DNA of 64,000 bases from Gammaproteobacteria bacterium (lineage in GTDB: Bacteria; Pseudomonadota; Gammaproteobacteria; SZUA-229): the NCBI GenBank assembly GCA_041589175.1, contig JBFHWF010000003.1:6846-70845 (forward strand), in the 5' to 3' direction. The notes beneath the pieces were generated by a model. It did no database searches. It saw only the letters and a list, made by a program, of their open reading frames with translations, and was not told the origin of the DNA. Of the stretch, positions 41,356 to 50,637 are shown in pieces. Position 1 is the first letter of the stretch. Every line of letters starts with the position of its first letter. Both the position numbers and the translations under genes were made by a program.

Positions 41356-42420
41356 ATGCAGCTTGCAAAATTGAATCGACCTTCCACTATTCTTATCGCC
41401 CTGTCCGGTTTCGTGCTGGTGCTGGGGATTTCTCTGGCTTACATTGTGTTAATCACGGCAAATGACCTTCGTCAGGATGCGAGTATTATTAATACGGCCG
41501 GCCTGGTTCGAGGGGGTATGCAGCGACTTTCCAAAACAACACTGTCTGAGCGACTCGAAAATAATGATGAGTTAATCGCTGAACTGGATAACCTGGTGTT
41601 ACAGATAAATATTTATGTGCATCAGAATGCTTCCAGTGATGAAGACAGGCGTTTTTTAAGGAGTGTCGAAGAATTATCAAATCAGTGGAATTCGTTGAAG
41701 CTGAAAGTTATAGAATATTCGAGGCAGCCGAGTCTTGAACTGCGGGAACAGCTTTTTGATGATAGTGAATATAGTTGGGAAGTGGCCAATAACCTGGTGT
41801 TTATGTCGCAGTATGTCACTGAGCGGAAGGTGGCAGATTTTTCGAAAATATTCTATCTGATGCTGGTGTCGAATGTAGTCAGTATCGTGGTGTTGATCCT
41901 GGTGTTATTGTTGCGTGTTCGTAACAAGCTCGAATATGAATCATCCCATGATATGTTGACAGGCCTGCTGAATCGACGTGCGTATAATATGAGTATCCAG
42001 TCCGAAGTAGAACGAAATTTACGATATGAATTACCCGTGTCGTTGATACTTTTCGATATCGATCACTTCAAAAAAGTAAACGATAACTATGGTCATAAGG
42101 CGGGTGACGCAGTGTTACGACAATTGTCGCAGCGGGTTCTTGCTTCGCTTAGAAAAATTGATTCGGTATATCGCATTGGTGGTGAAGAGTTTGCAATTAT
42201 CTGTCCTGATACTGAGTTACCGGGTGCTCAACAACTTGCGGATAAGCTTCGTCAGGGAGTTGAGTCGATGCGCTTTGAACAGATCAGTCAGATAACCATT
42301 AGCCTTGGGGTTGCAGAGTATGATGCATCCTGGAGCGTCGATATGTTCTATCAGAATGCAGATAAGGCACTCTACCTGGCAAAGAATAATGGACGAAATC
42401 GGGTGGAAGTTTTTCAGTAA
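41356..42420 (+). CDS. Membrane diguanylate cyclase (GGDEF) with a PilJ/NarX-type periplasmic sensor domain
   Basis: TM1, then periplasmic 'IINTAGLVRGGMQRLSK' (P-box-like INxAGRxRMLSQ motif), TM2, then GGDEF with 'RIGGEEFAII' and 'NRRAY'. Confidence 0.85.
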   Translation: MQLAKLNRPSTILIALSGFVLVLGISLAYIVLITANDLRQDASIINTAGLVRGGMQRLSKTTLSERLENNDELIAELDNLVLQINIYVHQNASSDEDRRFLRSVEELSNQWNSLKLKVIEYSRQPSLELREQLFDDSEYSWEVANNLVFMSQYVTERKVADFSKIFYLMLVSNVVSIVVLILVLLLRVRNKLEYESSHDMLTGLLNRRAYNMSIQSEVERNLRYELPVSLILFDIDHFKKVNDNYGHKAGDAVLRQLSQRVLASLRKIDSVYRIGGEEFAIICPDTELPGAQQLADKLRQGVESMRFEQISQITISLGVAEYDASWSVDMFYQNADKALYLAKNNGRNRVEVFQ

Positions 42421-44192
42421 TCGGTTTCGATCAATCGACGTGTCATATGCAGGCGCATGGCTCCCTGTTCGGTAATGGTGTGAAACAGGTGATGTGGGCT
42501 GGTCGAGCGATCAATAATAGCATCAAGATCATTTTCGAGCTCGCGGTAGTAATCCAGTAGTCGTAAATCAAAACGATTGAGTGCATTACTCAGCGGATCT
42601 TTAGCCTGTCTCTGGCGAATCACATCCATGCCTTCTTCGAATACATTGCCGAGGCACATGTGAACCGCAGAAAACAGAGTGGCCCAGCCGTTGTGCCAGA
42701 ACATCAGGTCCTTGTCGAAGGTTTCTCCGCCGGTACCGTCGCCGTTTAGCATCTGTTTTAACAGGTCGCGTTCGTTAACGGCTTCATGCAATTCCATCAT
42801 ATTGGCGCGCCCATAGGCATCAATGGTTGTGCTGGTCAGCATGAGGTGTACAGCGGGGTATTTTGTCAGAATGAAGGTGGCATCCTTGATGAGCTGTGCC
42901 GGTTGCTCAGGATTATGGGGGTTACGTTTGAGACGTGATGAAGGGGCAGAGGACAGAACCTGAACCTGATGCCCGCGTCTTCCCAGTTCTCTTGCCAAGC
43001 GTGCAAACACACCTTTCTTAAAGAGATCCATGGAAAAGTTAAGATGGCCCTGTTTGTGCAAAAGGCATAGCTGGATTTCTCGGCCATACTTCGGTGCTGT
43101 CGATACAATGTTTGCAATCTTTGTGACAGGGATGCGCTCTTTCAATTCACCCTGACGGTTGACGACAACTTCCTGATGAAATTCATCGAAACTAATCTGT
43201 AGCATCACTTTGGCACGTGGCCAGTTTGCTGGGCGACGCTTTATTGCTGCAGCCATCTTGCCCATGATGTCGTCGGTAATGTCGGGTGTATCGGCAAAAT
43301 CACCATTGAGTAAGATGGCGAAAGTGGTCACATGCTGCATGCTGCCGATGGCATTGTAAAAATGATCGAGATGTTTCGTCAGGTCGCCGCCGGTAAACAG
43401 GATGGACTGTGTCAGTGCATCCACCTGCTGGTAGAGACTGTCCGGATCATCGGTATTCTTCATTAATGGACGAAAGATAAACATGCAGTGACGGCAGGTT
43501 TGCGGACAGCCCATGGCAGGGATAATACCCAGTTTACTGAACTGCTCAGGCAGCTCGACATCATCCAGTGCGTCGACCAGTTGCAGGCGTTGCTTGTCCT
43601 CTTCTGCCAGCATGTCGCCATAGCGTTCCTTTTCCTGTCGCGCCAGATCCTTGTAGCCAACCGCGAAGCTTTTGCTAAACAGTTGAAGTGCGTCCCAGCT
43701 CGAGGTGATGAAATCGAGCAGGTTGTCTCGATCAGCTCTGTCATTGAGCAGCTGCTGTAACTGGTGTTGCTGTAGCTGAGGCTCACCCTGATAAGCACTC
43801 CAGTAGTCCATGTAACCTGAGACAAAGTCACGACTACTGTCACTTTGTAGCAGCAGTTGCATCAGGAAGGCCTGGGGGCCTTTGCTGAAAGCGGTGAGAA
43901 CGGCCTGCTGGTAGTCGTTGTGAACATTGTGCTGTAACCAGTGATAGGCATACAGGTATGTCATCAGGAAGCTGAGGTTGTCTGCATCGGATGCACTTAG
44001 CCCGTGACGAACTAGCATGTCCCGCATATCACCACGGGTTAGTCGGTTGATTTCCGTCTTGAAACGATCACGCATACTGGCGAGATATGCCGTCTGCACA
44101 TCCTGCTGGGCTTCTGCGCTGATCTGTATCTCACTGGAGGGACGACCTGACTGTATGGTGACGGGTATATTCATAATGGCGAAATGTAGCAC
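42414..44192 (-). CDS. Large (592 aa) radical-SAM-like protein with an uncharacterised N-terminal domain of about 230 aa. Possibly KamA/EpmB-like aminomutase family.
   Basis: Central 'GIIPAMGCPQTCRHCMF' (CxxxCxxC), followed about 25 aa later by 'ILFTGGDL' (glycine-rich SAM motif). The 'CR[YH]C ... TGGD' pattern resembles KamA/EpmB. No other Cys cluster, so not SPASM. No B12-binding motif. Confidence 0.55.
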   Translation of the reverse strand: MLHFAIMNIPVTIQSGRPSSEIQISAEAQQDVQTAYLASMRDRFKTEINRLTRGDMRDMLVRHGLSASDADNLSFLMTYLYAYHWLQHNVHNDYQQAVLTAFSKGPQAFLMQLLLQSDSSRDFVSGYMDYWSAYQGEPQLQQHQLQQLLNDRADRDNLLDFITSSWDALQLFSKSFAVGYKDLARQEKERYGDMLAEEDKQRLQLVDALDDVELPEQFSKLGIIPAMGCPQTCRHCMFIFRPLMKNTDDPDSLYQQVDALTQSILFTGGDLTKHLDHFYNAIGSMQHVTTFAILLNGDFADTPDITDDIMGKMAAAIKRRPANWPRAKVMLQISFDEFHQEVVVNRQGELKERIPVTKIANIVSTAPKYGREIQLCLLHKQGHLNFSMDLFKKGVFARLARELGRRGHQVQVLSSAPSSRLKRNPHNPEQPAQLIKDATFILTKYPAVHLMLTSTTIDAYGRANMMELHEAVNERDLLKQMLNGDGTGGETFDKDLMFWHNGWATLFSAVHMCLGNVFEEGMDVIRQRQAKDPLSNALNRFDLRLLDYYRELENDLDAIIDRSTSPHHLFHTITEQGAMRLHMTRRLIETDY

Positions 44193-44269
44193 ATCAGGGC
44201 AATGAATTAACCCCAGTAGGACGCTGGCTAAGGCGCAGCCGGTCGTTTAAGTCTGTTAGTGTTTTACGA

Positions 44270-45088
44270 TTACAGGTAATCGCTCCAGTTAATGCTGTCG
44301 TCACCAAACACGAAAAACTCCGGATTGAGCAGACTGTCCTTGGTGTTGTAGCGCATCGGTGACATGTCGGTGCGGGTGATGTGGCCGCCGGCTTCTTCCA
44401 CGATGCACTGAGCGGCAGCGGTATCCCATTCCGATGTCAGACCAAGTCGGGCATACAGGTCAACCTTGCCCTCGGCCACCAGGCAGGATTTGAGAGAGCT
44501 GCCGACGCTGAGAATTTCGACCGGGTCGAGGGATTCCAGGTTTTCCAGGTAGTTGCGGAGTTTATCGGAGGCGTGGGAGCGGCTACCGGCGATGACAAGC
44601 TGGCCTGGTTGTGCACGACGCGCCATGATTGCGCGGGGTATATTGAGGCCTTCCTGTTTATGGGCGCCGCCATCGCGCCAGGCGAAATAATCGCAGTTAA
44701 AGACCGGTGCATTAATCACCCCCAGAATACTCTGGTGGTTCTCGATGAGTGCGATATTCACCGTGAACTCGCCATTACGCTTGATAAATTCACGGGTGCC
44801 ATCCAGCGGGTCGACCAGCCAGTAGCGGTTCCAGGACTGGCGCTCGCCGAAGGGCGGAATATCAGACTCTTCCGTGAGTACCGGGATGTCTGGGGTCAGC
44901 TCTCTGAGCTGGGTGCGAATCAGCTTGTCGGCGGCCAGGTCTGCGGTGGTGAGAGGGGTCTTGTCTTCTTTATGCTCGACTGCATAGTCGGAGTCATAGA
45001 TTTCCAGAATAGCCTTACCCGCCAGTCTGGCGATGGTACGGGCATTCTGGCACAGGTATTCGAGATTGAGTGGGTCGTCGGGTTGCAT
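44270..45088 (-). CDS. cysQ: 3'(2'),5'-bisphosphate nucleotidase
   Basis: 'WLVDPLDGTREFIKRNGEFTVNIALIENH' and 'WDTAAAQCIVEEAGG' match the inositol-monophosphatase-fold CysQ. Confidence 0.85.
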   Translation of the reverse strand: MQPDDPLNLEYLCQNARTIARLAGKAILEIYDSDYAVEHKEDKTPLTTADLAADKLIRTQLRELTPDIPVLTEESDIPPFGERQSWNRYWLVDPLDGTREFIKRNGEFTVNIALIENHQSILGVINAPVFNCDYFAWRDGGAHKQEGLNIPRAIMARRAQPGQLVIAGSRSHASDKLRNYLENLESLDPVEILSVGSSLKSCLVAEGKVDLYARLGLTSEWDTAAAQCIVEEAGGHITRTDMSPMRYNTKDSLLNPEFFVFGDDSINWSDYL

Positions 45089-45096
45089 AACGTGCG

Positions 45097-45648
45097 TTAA
45101 TCCTGCCTGTTCTTCAAGTAATCCCGCACCTGGTAGAGTGCGGCAATGCTACGTGCTTCACTGAGGGTTTCCTGTGTTAGCAGGCGATCGATATCATCAA
45201 TATGGCATACCACCTGTTCCAGTTCTTCCGGCTCATCGCCCTCGAGGGATTCGGGCTGTAATTCTTCGGCAAGAATGACATGGGTGCGAAAGCCCAGATA
45301 GCCCGGTGCAATGGTCATTTCCCCAAATGGCGTCAGGCGTCCGGCTCGGTAGCCAATTTCTTCCATGCACTCTCGGTTTGCCGCATCGAGGACACTTTCG
45401 TTCGCATCGATTTTACCCTTTGGAAAAACCAGCTCATAGCGTTCGGTGCCGACGGAATATTCGCGGATTAGAATAACCCGTTCATTATCAAGAATGGGAA
45501 TAATGAGTACGGCACCGGCAGAGGGGGCAATAATTCGTTCATACTGGCGCTGTTCGCCATTACTAAATTGCAGGTCGACCTGCTCAATGGAAAACAGTCG
45601 GCTCTGACAATGGGTTTTACGTTTTAGAATAGTGGGTTTATTATTCAT
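45097..45648 (-). CDS. nudE: ADP compounds hydrolase (Nudix)
   Basis: Nudix box 'GKIDANESVLDAANRECMEEIGY'. The adjacency to cysQ and yrfG mirrors the E. coli nudE-igaA-yrfG region. Confidence 0.8.
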   Translation of the reverse strand: MNNKPTILKRKTHCQSRLFSIEQVDLQFSNGEQRQYERIIAPSAGAVLIIPILDNERVILIREYSVGTERYELVFPKGKIDANESVLDAANRECMEEIGYRAGRLTPFGEMTIAPGYLGFRTHVILAEELQPESLEGDEPEELEQVVCHIDDIDRLLTQETLSEARSIAALYQVRDYLKNRQD

Positions 45649-45700
45649 GGCATCTCGATTAGTAACATGGCTATTGTAAAAGGCTCAGCTGCGAATTCCT

Positions 45701-46354
45701 ATGATTGACTGGAACCAAATTGAATCTGTTTTCCTCGACCTGGATGGAACACTACTGGATCTACACTTTGATAATCACTTCTGGCTGGAGTATGTGCCTA
45801 AGTGTTATGCAGAAGAGCACTCGCTGGAACTGGATGAATCACATCGAGTGCTGGGGGAAAAGTACTCCGCGGCGTATGGCAGCCTCAACTGGTATTGCGT
45901 TGAATACTGGAGCCGTGAGTTGAAGCTGGATATCAGGGAACTGAAGCACCAGGTCAGGGAAAAAATAGCCATTCGGCCCCATGTCGAGGAATTTCTGGAG
46001 TCGCTTCACATGCACGGTAAACGGGTTGTGCTCGTCACTAATGCGCATCCGGTGACGGTTGAGATCAAGATGGAGCAGACCCGGCTGGATCGGTACTTCA
46101 ACCGCATTATCAGCTCCCATGAGCTACACTTACCGAAAGAAGACCTCGAATTCTGGCATAAGCTGCAACAGCACGAGGACTTCGACCGTGAGAAAACCCT
46201 GTTCATTGATGATAACTTCAATGTGCTGGATGCTGCCCGGGAATACGGTGTGGCACATCTGCTGGCGATACGTCAGCCAGATAGTCAGCAAGATGAGAAA
46301 GAGCACCATCATTATCCCTTGCTAGACTCATTCAAGGATATCTTCCCGGCGTAA
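45701..46354 (+). CDS. yrfG: HAD-superfamily nucleotidase (YrfG-like GMP/IMP nucleotidase)
   Basis: HAD motif I 'VFLDLDGTLLD', motif III 'LFIDDNFNVLDAARE'. Divergent from nudE. Confidence 0.7.
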   Translation: MIDWNQIESVFLDLDGTLLDLHFDNHFWLEYVPKCYAEEHSLELDESHRVLGEKYSAAYGSLNWYCVEYWSRELKLDIRELKHQVREKIAIRPHVEEFLESLHMHGKRVVLVTNAHPVTVEIKMEQTRLDRYFNRIISSHELHLPKEDLEFWHKLQQHEDFDREKTLFIDDNFNVLDAAREYGVAHLLAIRQPDSQQDEKEHHHYPLLDSFKDIFPA

Positions 46355-46358
46355 CAAT

Positions 46359-46379
46359 CACCCAAACGGGTGAATTTTT
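46359..46379 (+). terminator. Rho-independent terminator after yrfG
   Basis: CACCC-AAAC-GGGTG stem-loop followed by AATTTTT. Confidence 0.5.
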
Positions 46380-46623
46380 GAGGTAAATCAGCACCATCCA
46401 GCCAGCTGGCTTGCAATACATATTAATATTTGCTAAATTACTGATCCGTTTTGCACGCTGTTGTGAGACGAGTAGCCCCACCAGAGGGGTATCTAGCAAA
46501 TGATCAATGACTATCAGGGTTCTCCTGATTTGAAACATTTCCCTGCGCCAGACTAATGCTGTTGGCCACCGACTATGTACCTGTGGAAATGTGTATACGT
46601 TTAACAATTTGACAGGATTGATT

Positions 46624-47025
46624 ATGAAACAAAGCCGAATTTTTACCGTATTTTTTGCCTTGCTGGGGCTTGTTGTATTTGCGCAGCCAGCCGTGTCTTC
46701 CGAACGTGGTGTGTTCCAGGGTAAGTCGCTGAAGCAGCATGAACTGTCAGACTGGGAGCAGAACAAGATGAAAGCGGAATTCAAGAGTCGCTTCAGCAGT
46801 TCCAGCTCGGGTGCATTTCAAAAGCTTAACAATAACCCCTGGGAAGCCAAGCGTAACAAGCAACAGGTACATCGCCAGCAGATGCTGGAAATGAGTAACT
46901 CCTGGGGCGCCTGTCGCGAGTTTGCCTATAAGCAACGTGGCCAGTGTTATGCCCGTGGTGGTGATGCCTACACCTGTGAGCGTTTCTATGACGCACGTGT
47001 TGCTCATTGTGACGGCAATTTCTAA
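46624..47025 (+). CDS. Small secreted cysteine-rich protein (133 aa)
   Basis: Signal peptide 'MKQSRIFTVFFALLGLVVFAQPAVS', basic/glutamine-rich middle, and C-terminal 'CREFAYKQRGQCYARGGDAYTCERFYDARVAHCDGNF' with 4 Cys. Followed by a strong terminator. Confidence 0.5.
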   Translation: MKQSRIFTVFFALLGLVVFAQPAVSSERGVFQGKSLKQHELSDWEQNKMKAEFKSRFSSSSSGAFQKLNNNPWEAKRNKQQVHRQQMLEMSNSWGACREFAYKQRGQCYARGGDAYTCERFYDARVAHCDGNF

Positions 47026-47055
47026 TTGCAAAGCCTGTTGTAAGTTATGAAAAAA

Positions 47056-47082
47056 GCCCTGACAGATGTCGGGGCTTTTTTG
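47056..47082 (+). terminator. Rho-independent terminator
   Basis: A-run, then GCCCTGAC-AGAT-GTCGGGGC stem (one G.U pair), then TTTTTT. Confidence 0.6.
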
Positions 47083-47167
47083 TTTGTTGCAGGTTTAAAA
47101 TTTCATGCTTGTGAATCCCACTACAGCGCTCTAGACTTTGGGCAGATTTTTCAGGAATAATTTTATT

Positions 47168-48046
47168 ATGTCGGTAACAGCACCCACAATTTTTGGCTGT
47201 GGATATATCGGGAAGAAAATTGCCGGGATGATGCAGCAACAACAGCTTGCGCCAGGATGTATTGTGTATTCAACGACGTCGTTGAAACAGTGTGAAGCGA
47301 TGGGGCTGAAATCATTGCAGTGTAATCTTGATGAAATGCAACAGGATGCAGTGTTTAGCGAGAAGCTGTCGGAGACGATTGTGTATCTCGTGCCGCCTCC
47401 ACCGAAAGGTTTAACAGATACGCGAATGACGCGGTTTATTTCCTTGCTTGATAGCAGTGAAGAAAAAACCAGACGCATTGTGCTTATCAGCACTACCGGT
47501 GTGTATGGAGACTGTCAGGGCGACTGGATAGATGAAACGCGTCCAGCTAATCCTCAGGCAGATCGTGCCTGTCGGCGACTGGATGCAGAAACTCAGTTGC
47601 AAAAGTACTGTGATGAAAACAGTATTGCACTCGTGATCTTACGGGTGCCGGGTATTTATGCAGCAGATAAACTACCCCTGAAAAGAATCACCTCGGGCGA
47701 ACCTATTGTACGGGAAGAAGACTCTGGATTTACTAATCGTATTCATGCCGATGACCTTGCAGCATTTTGTGTAGAGGCTGCATTAAGTGATGTACAGCCG
47801 GGAGTTTATAACTGCTGTGATGGACATCCGTCGACCATGAATGATTATTTTATGCGGGTTGCCAAAGCGAAGGGGATTGCTCCACCAAAGGAAATCTCAC
47901 TTGAAGAAGCACAACATACATTATCGACAGGCATGTTGTCCTATCTGGCAGAGTCGAAGCGAATACATAATGACAAACTGCGTCGTCATTTTAAAACCAG
48001 CTTTCGATATGCAGATCTGACAGCTGGACTTAAAGATCTATCATAA
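47168..48046 (+). CDS. NAD(P)-dependent epimerase/dehydratase (SDR superfamily)
   Basis: 'IFGCGYIGKKIA' glycine-rich Rossmann motif. About 293 aa atypical SDR. Confidence 0.7.
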   Translation: MSVTAPTIFGCGYIGKKIAGMMQQQQLAPGCIVYSTTSLKQCEAMGLKSLQCNLDEMQQDAVFSEKLSETIVYLVPPPPKGLTDTRMTRFISLLDSSEEKTRRIVLISTTGVYGDCQGDWIDETRPANPQADRACRRLDAETQLQKYCDENSIALVILRVPGIYAADKLPLKRITSGEPIVREEDSGFTNRIHADDLAAFCVEAALSDVQPGVYNCCDGHPSTMNDYFMRVAKAKGIAPPKEISLEEAQHTLSTGMLSYLAESKRIHNDKLRRHFKTSFRYADLTAGLKDLS

Positions 48047-48070
48047 ACGTTAAGAGTTAAAGGTAAGCGA

Positions 48071-48346
48071 ATGAGCGAGATAAAAGTTCTGCATAATCCC
48101 GAGCAGAAAATGCTGGATGCATTAAATGTGAAAAGCTGGGGGATATGGGAGAAGGAAGCATCGGTTTTTCCCTGGACTTATGATACAGAAGAAACCTGCT
48201 ATTTCATTGAAGGTGAGGTAATCGTGACGCCGGATGGTGGTGAACCCGTTGCCATGGGTAAAGGGGATATGGTGACATTTCCCGCAGGCTTATCCTGTAC
48301 CTGGGATATTCGTCAGGATGTGAAAAAATATTTCAGTTTTGCCTGA
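48071..48346 (+). CDS. Small cupin-domain protein (DUF861/cupin_3-like)
   Basis: 91 aa with 'TCYFIEGEVIVTPDGGEPVAMGKGDMVTFPAGLSCTWD', the two-motif cupin pattern. Confidence 0.65.
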   Translation: MSEIKVLHNPEQKMLDALNVKSWGIWEKEASVFPWTYDTEETCYFIEGEVIVTPDGGEPVAMGKGDMVTFPAGLSCTWDIRQDVKKYFSFA

Positions 48347-48351
48347 ATGTG

Positions 48352-48933
48352 CTAGTTAAATGCGTCGCGTCTTTCTCTGGGAACGTGATTGCGTAGAAAG
48401 TCCATCTGATCGGTAAGAATTCTACGATTGGAAAGTATCATCGCCTCTGCCTTGTTGGGGATATAGGGTAGTGCCAGCAGTGGCATATGTGCCTGATGTG
48501 GAGTAGAACAGCCTTTCTTTACGTTACAGGCCTTGCAGGCGGTTACCACATTGCTCCACTTGTCGAGGCCACCCTGAGCACGGGGTTTGACATGGTCCCG
48601 TGTTAATAGCGAAGTCTTGAAGTGGTCACCACAGTACAGGCAGGTGTGGCGGTCTCGTTCGAACAGGGCACGGTTAGTTAGTGGCGGGGTGATGTCATGG
48701 TTGTATTTTGCCTGGGCACCGCGGATAGCAATAATCGTACTCAGGTCGATATAGGATTGCAGACCTGTTTTCTGGCAGGTTCCACCCTGTATACGAATAC
48801 GAGCTTCACTGGCAGTCCATGCGACCTGTTCGCGAACGTAGAGCGTAACGGCCTCCTGCCAGTTGATCCATTCGATCGGACGTCCGGCATTATCGAGTGT
48901 CAGTATTAAGGGTGCGACTTCTCCAGCTTGCAT
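48352..48933 (-). CDS. HNH endonuclease family protein (193 aa)
   Basis: 'CLYCGDHF...TRDHVKPRAQGG...NVVTACKACNVKKG' is the HNH motif: Cys pairs, catalytic His in 'DHV', and a conserved Asn. Has an N-terminal extension of about 90 aa. Confidence 0.75.
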   Translation of the reverse strand: MQAGEVAPLILTLDNAGRPIEWINWQEAVTLYVREQVAWTASEARIRIQGGTCQKTGLQSYIDLSTIIAIRGAQAKYNHDITPPLTNRALFERDRHTCLYCGDHFKTSLLTRDHVKPRAQGGLDKWSNVVTACKACNVKKGCSTPHQAHMPLLALPYIPNKAEAMILSNRRILTDQMDFLRNHVPRERRDAFN

Positions 48934-49085
48934 AAAAACACCTCCCCGTCAGTGTTTTCAGGATTGTTCGGTTTAAGCTATCTATAAGTATAGACCCTGT
49001 AGGTCAAAAAAGTTCTGAAAATCAATAATATAGTAATGCGTGTCTGGTGGTTTATTGGCTTCTTTACAGTATGCGTAATTACGTC

Positions 49086-50459
49086 TTATGTTACGATCTT
49101 ATAACAGGGTTTGTATACACTACCCGGCAGTTTCATGCGTTGTTGTTTAACGAATGATTCCAGCAATTTATCCAGTGGTCGCATAATTTTCTTTTCACCA
49201 CGAATTTCAAACAGACCGTGCTCCTCGATAGAACGGATACCATCTTCCTTAACATTGCCTGACACAATGCCTGAAAAAGCACGGCGAAGGTTCGCAGCAA
49301 GGTGGTGGTTTTCCATGTCTGTATGTAACTCGAGTTGCGCCATGTTTTCGTGAGTCGGTTCAAAAGGGTTCTGGAATTCGTGATCGATTTCCAGAATCCA
49401 GTTGTAGTAATAGGCGTCACTATTGGCACGGCGAAAATCCTTAACCGCTTCCATACCGTTCTTCATTTCTCGTGCAACGAGCGCAGGATCATCGATAATA
49501 ATTTTGTAGCGCTGTTGCGCCTCGAAGCCAAGCGTCATTTCAATGAAGTGGTGAATCTGTTTAAAGTATTCTTCTGAGCTTTTGGGCCCCGTGAGAATGA
49601 GCGGGAAGGGAAGTTCTTTATTGGCTGGGTTTAACAGTACACCCAGTATATACAGGATTTCTTCAGCGGTGCCCGCACCACCTGGAAAAATAATAATGCC
49701 ATGCCCGGTACGCACAAACGCTTCCAGACGCTTTTCGATATCTGGCAGGATAACCAGCTCATTTACGATGGGGTTAGGCGACTCTGCTGCAATGATGCCA
49801 GGCTCGGTCATGCCAATAAAACGGCCATTGTAGATGCGCTGTTTATTGAGGCCAATGGTTGCGCCTTTCATGGGGCCCTTCATTGCACCGGGTCCGCAGC
49901 CCGTGCAGATATTGATACCCCTGAGGCCAAGTTCGTGCCCGACTTCTTTGGTGTAATCATATTCAACACGGCCAATCGAGTGGCCGCCCCAGCATACAGC
50001 GATATTTGGGTCGACGTTAGGTCGAAGTGCGTTAGCGTTCCTGAGTATATGAAAGACTGCGTTTGTGATGCCCTGTTGGCTGCTGAGGTCAAAGGTTGTT
50101 GAATTAATAAGCGCATTACGGGCATACACAATATCGCGTAATACTGCGAACATATGTTCCTGAATACCCTGAATCATGGTGCCATCAACGAAGGCGCTTG
50201 CAGGTGCGTTGATGACTTCGAGTTTGATGCCTCTTTCCTGTTGAACCACGCGAATATCGAAGTCAGAATAGGCTTCAAGCACTTTCTTGGTATCATCAAC
50301 GACACTACCGACATTGAGTACGGCAAGGGAACAGCGGCGATAAATGTCGTAACAGCTGCCGGACTGGCTGACTTTTTTAAGCTGCTCAACTTCCATGTGG
50401 GAGAGGGTTTCCATGCGCCCGAAGGGGGAAATGCGGGCTAATTCAGTGTGCTTGTTCAT
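49086..50459 (-). CDS. ppnN: Nucleotide 5'-monophosphate nucleosidase (LOG family, PpnN/YgdH-like)
   Basis: 457 aa. LOG motif 'IIFPGGAGTAEEILYILGVLL' and 'CTGCGPGAMKGPMKGA'. Size matches E. coli PpnN (454 aa). Confidence 0.8.
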   Translation of the reverse strand: MNKHTELARISPFGRMETLSHMEVEQLKKVSQSGSCYDIYRRCSLAVLNVGSVVDDTKKVLEAYSDFDIRVVQQERGIKLEVINAPASAFVDGTMIQGIQEHMFAVLRDIVYARNALINSTTFDLSSQQGITNAVFHILRNANALRPNVDPNIAVCWGGHSIGRVEYDYTKEVGHELGLRGINICTGCGPGAMKGPMKGATIGLNKQRIYNGRFIGMTEPGIIAAESPNPIVNELVILPDIEKRLEAFVRTGHGIIIFPGGAGTAEEILYILGVLLNPANKELPFPLILTGPKSSEEYFKQIHHFIEMTLGFEAQQRYKIIIDDPALVAREMKNGMEAVKDFRRANSDAYYYNWILEIDHEFQNPFEPTHENMAQLELHTDMENHHLAANLRRAFSGIVSGNVKEDGIRSIEEHGLFEIRGEKKIMRPLDKLLESFVKQQRMKLPGSVYKPCYKIVT

Positions 50460-50637
50460 AATCCGGTTTTTAAAACTCTCAGGCTAAAATGAGCTGCTAT
50501 AGTGTATATCGAAAAGAAAGGATGTATAGCCGTACACATGTTCACAGCTGTTTAATAATGGTTATAATGAAATTATAGATTGAAAACGCTCAGCATGGTG
50601 CTGCGAATTGTGAAATATTTGAAAGGGTTAGCGTTGA

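Noticed and set aside
44381-45100. 239-aa plus-strand ORF
   Set aside because: Entirely antisense to cysQ (44270-45088, minus), which has clear family motifs. A high-GC antisense ORF of this kind is a common artefact.
46332-46784. 150-aa minus-strand ORF
   Set aside because: It spans the yrfG terminator, the intergenic region and the 5' end of the secreted-protein gene. It has no motifs and is better explained by the two plus-strand features.
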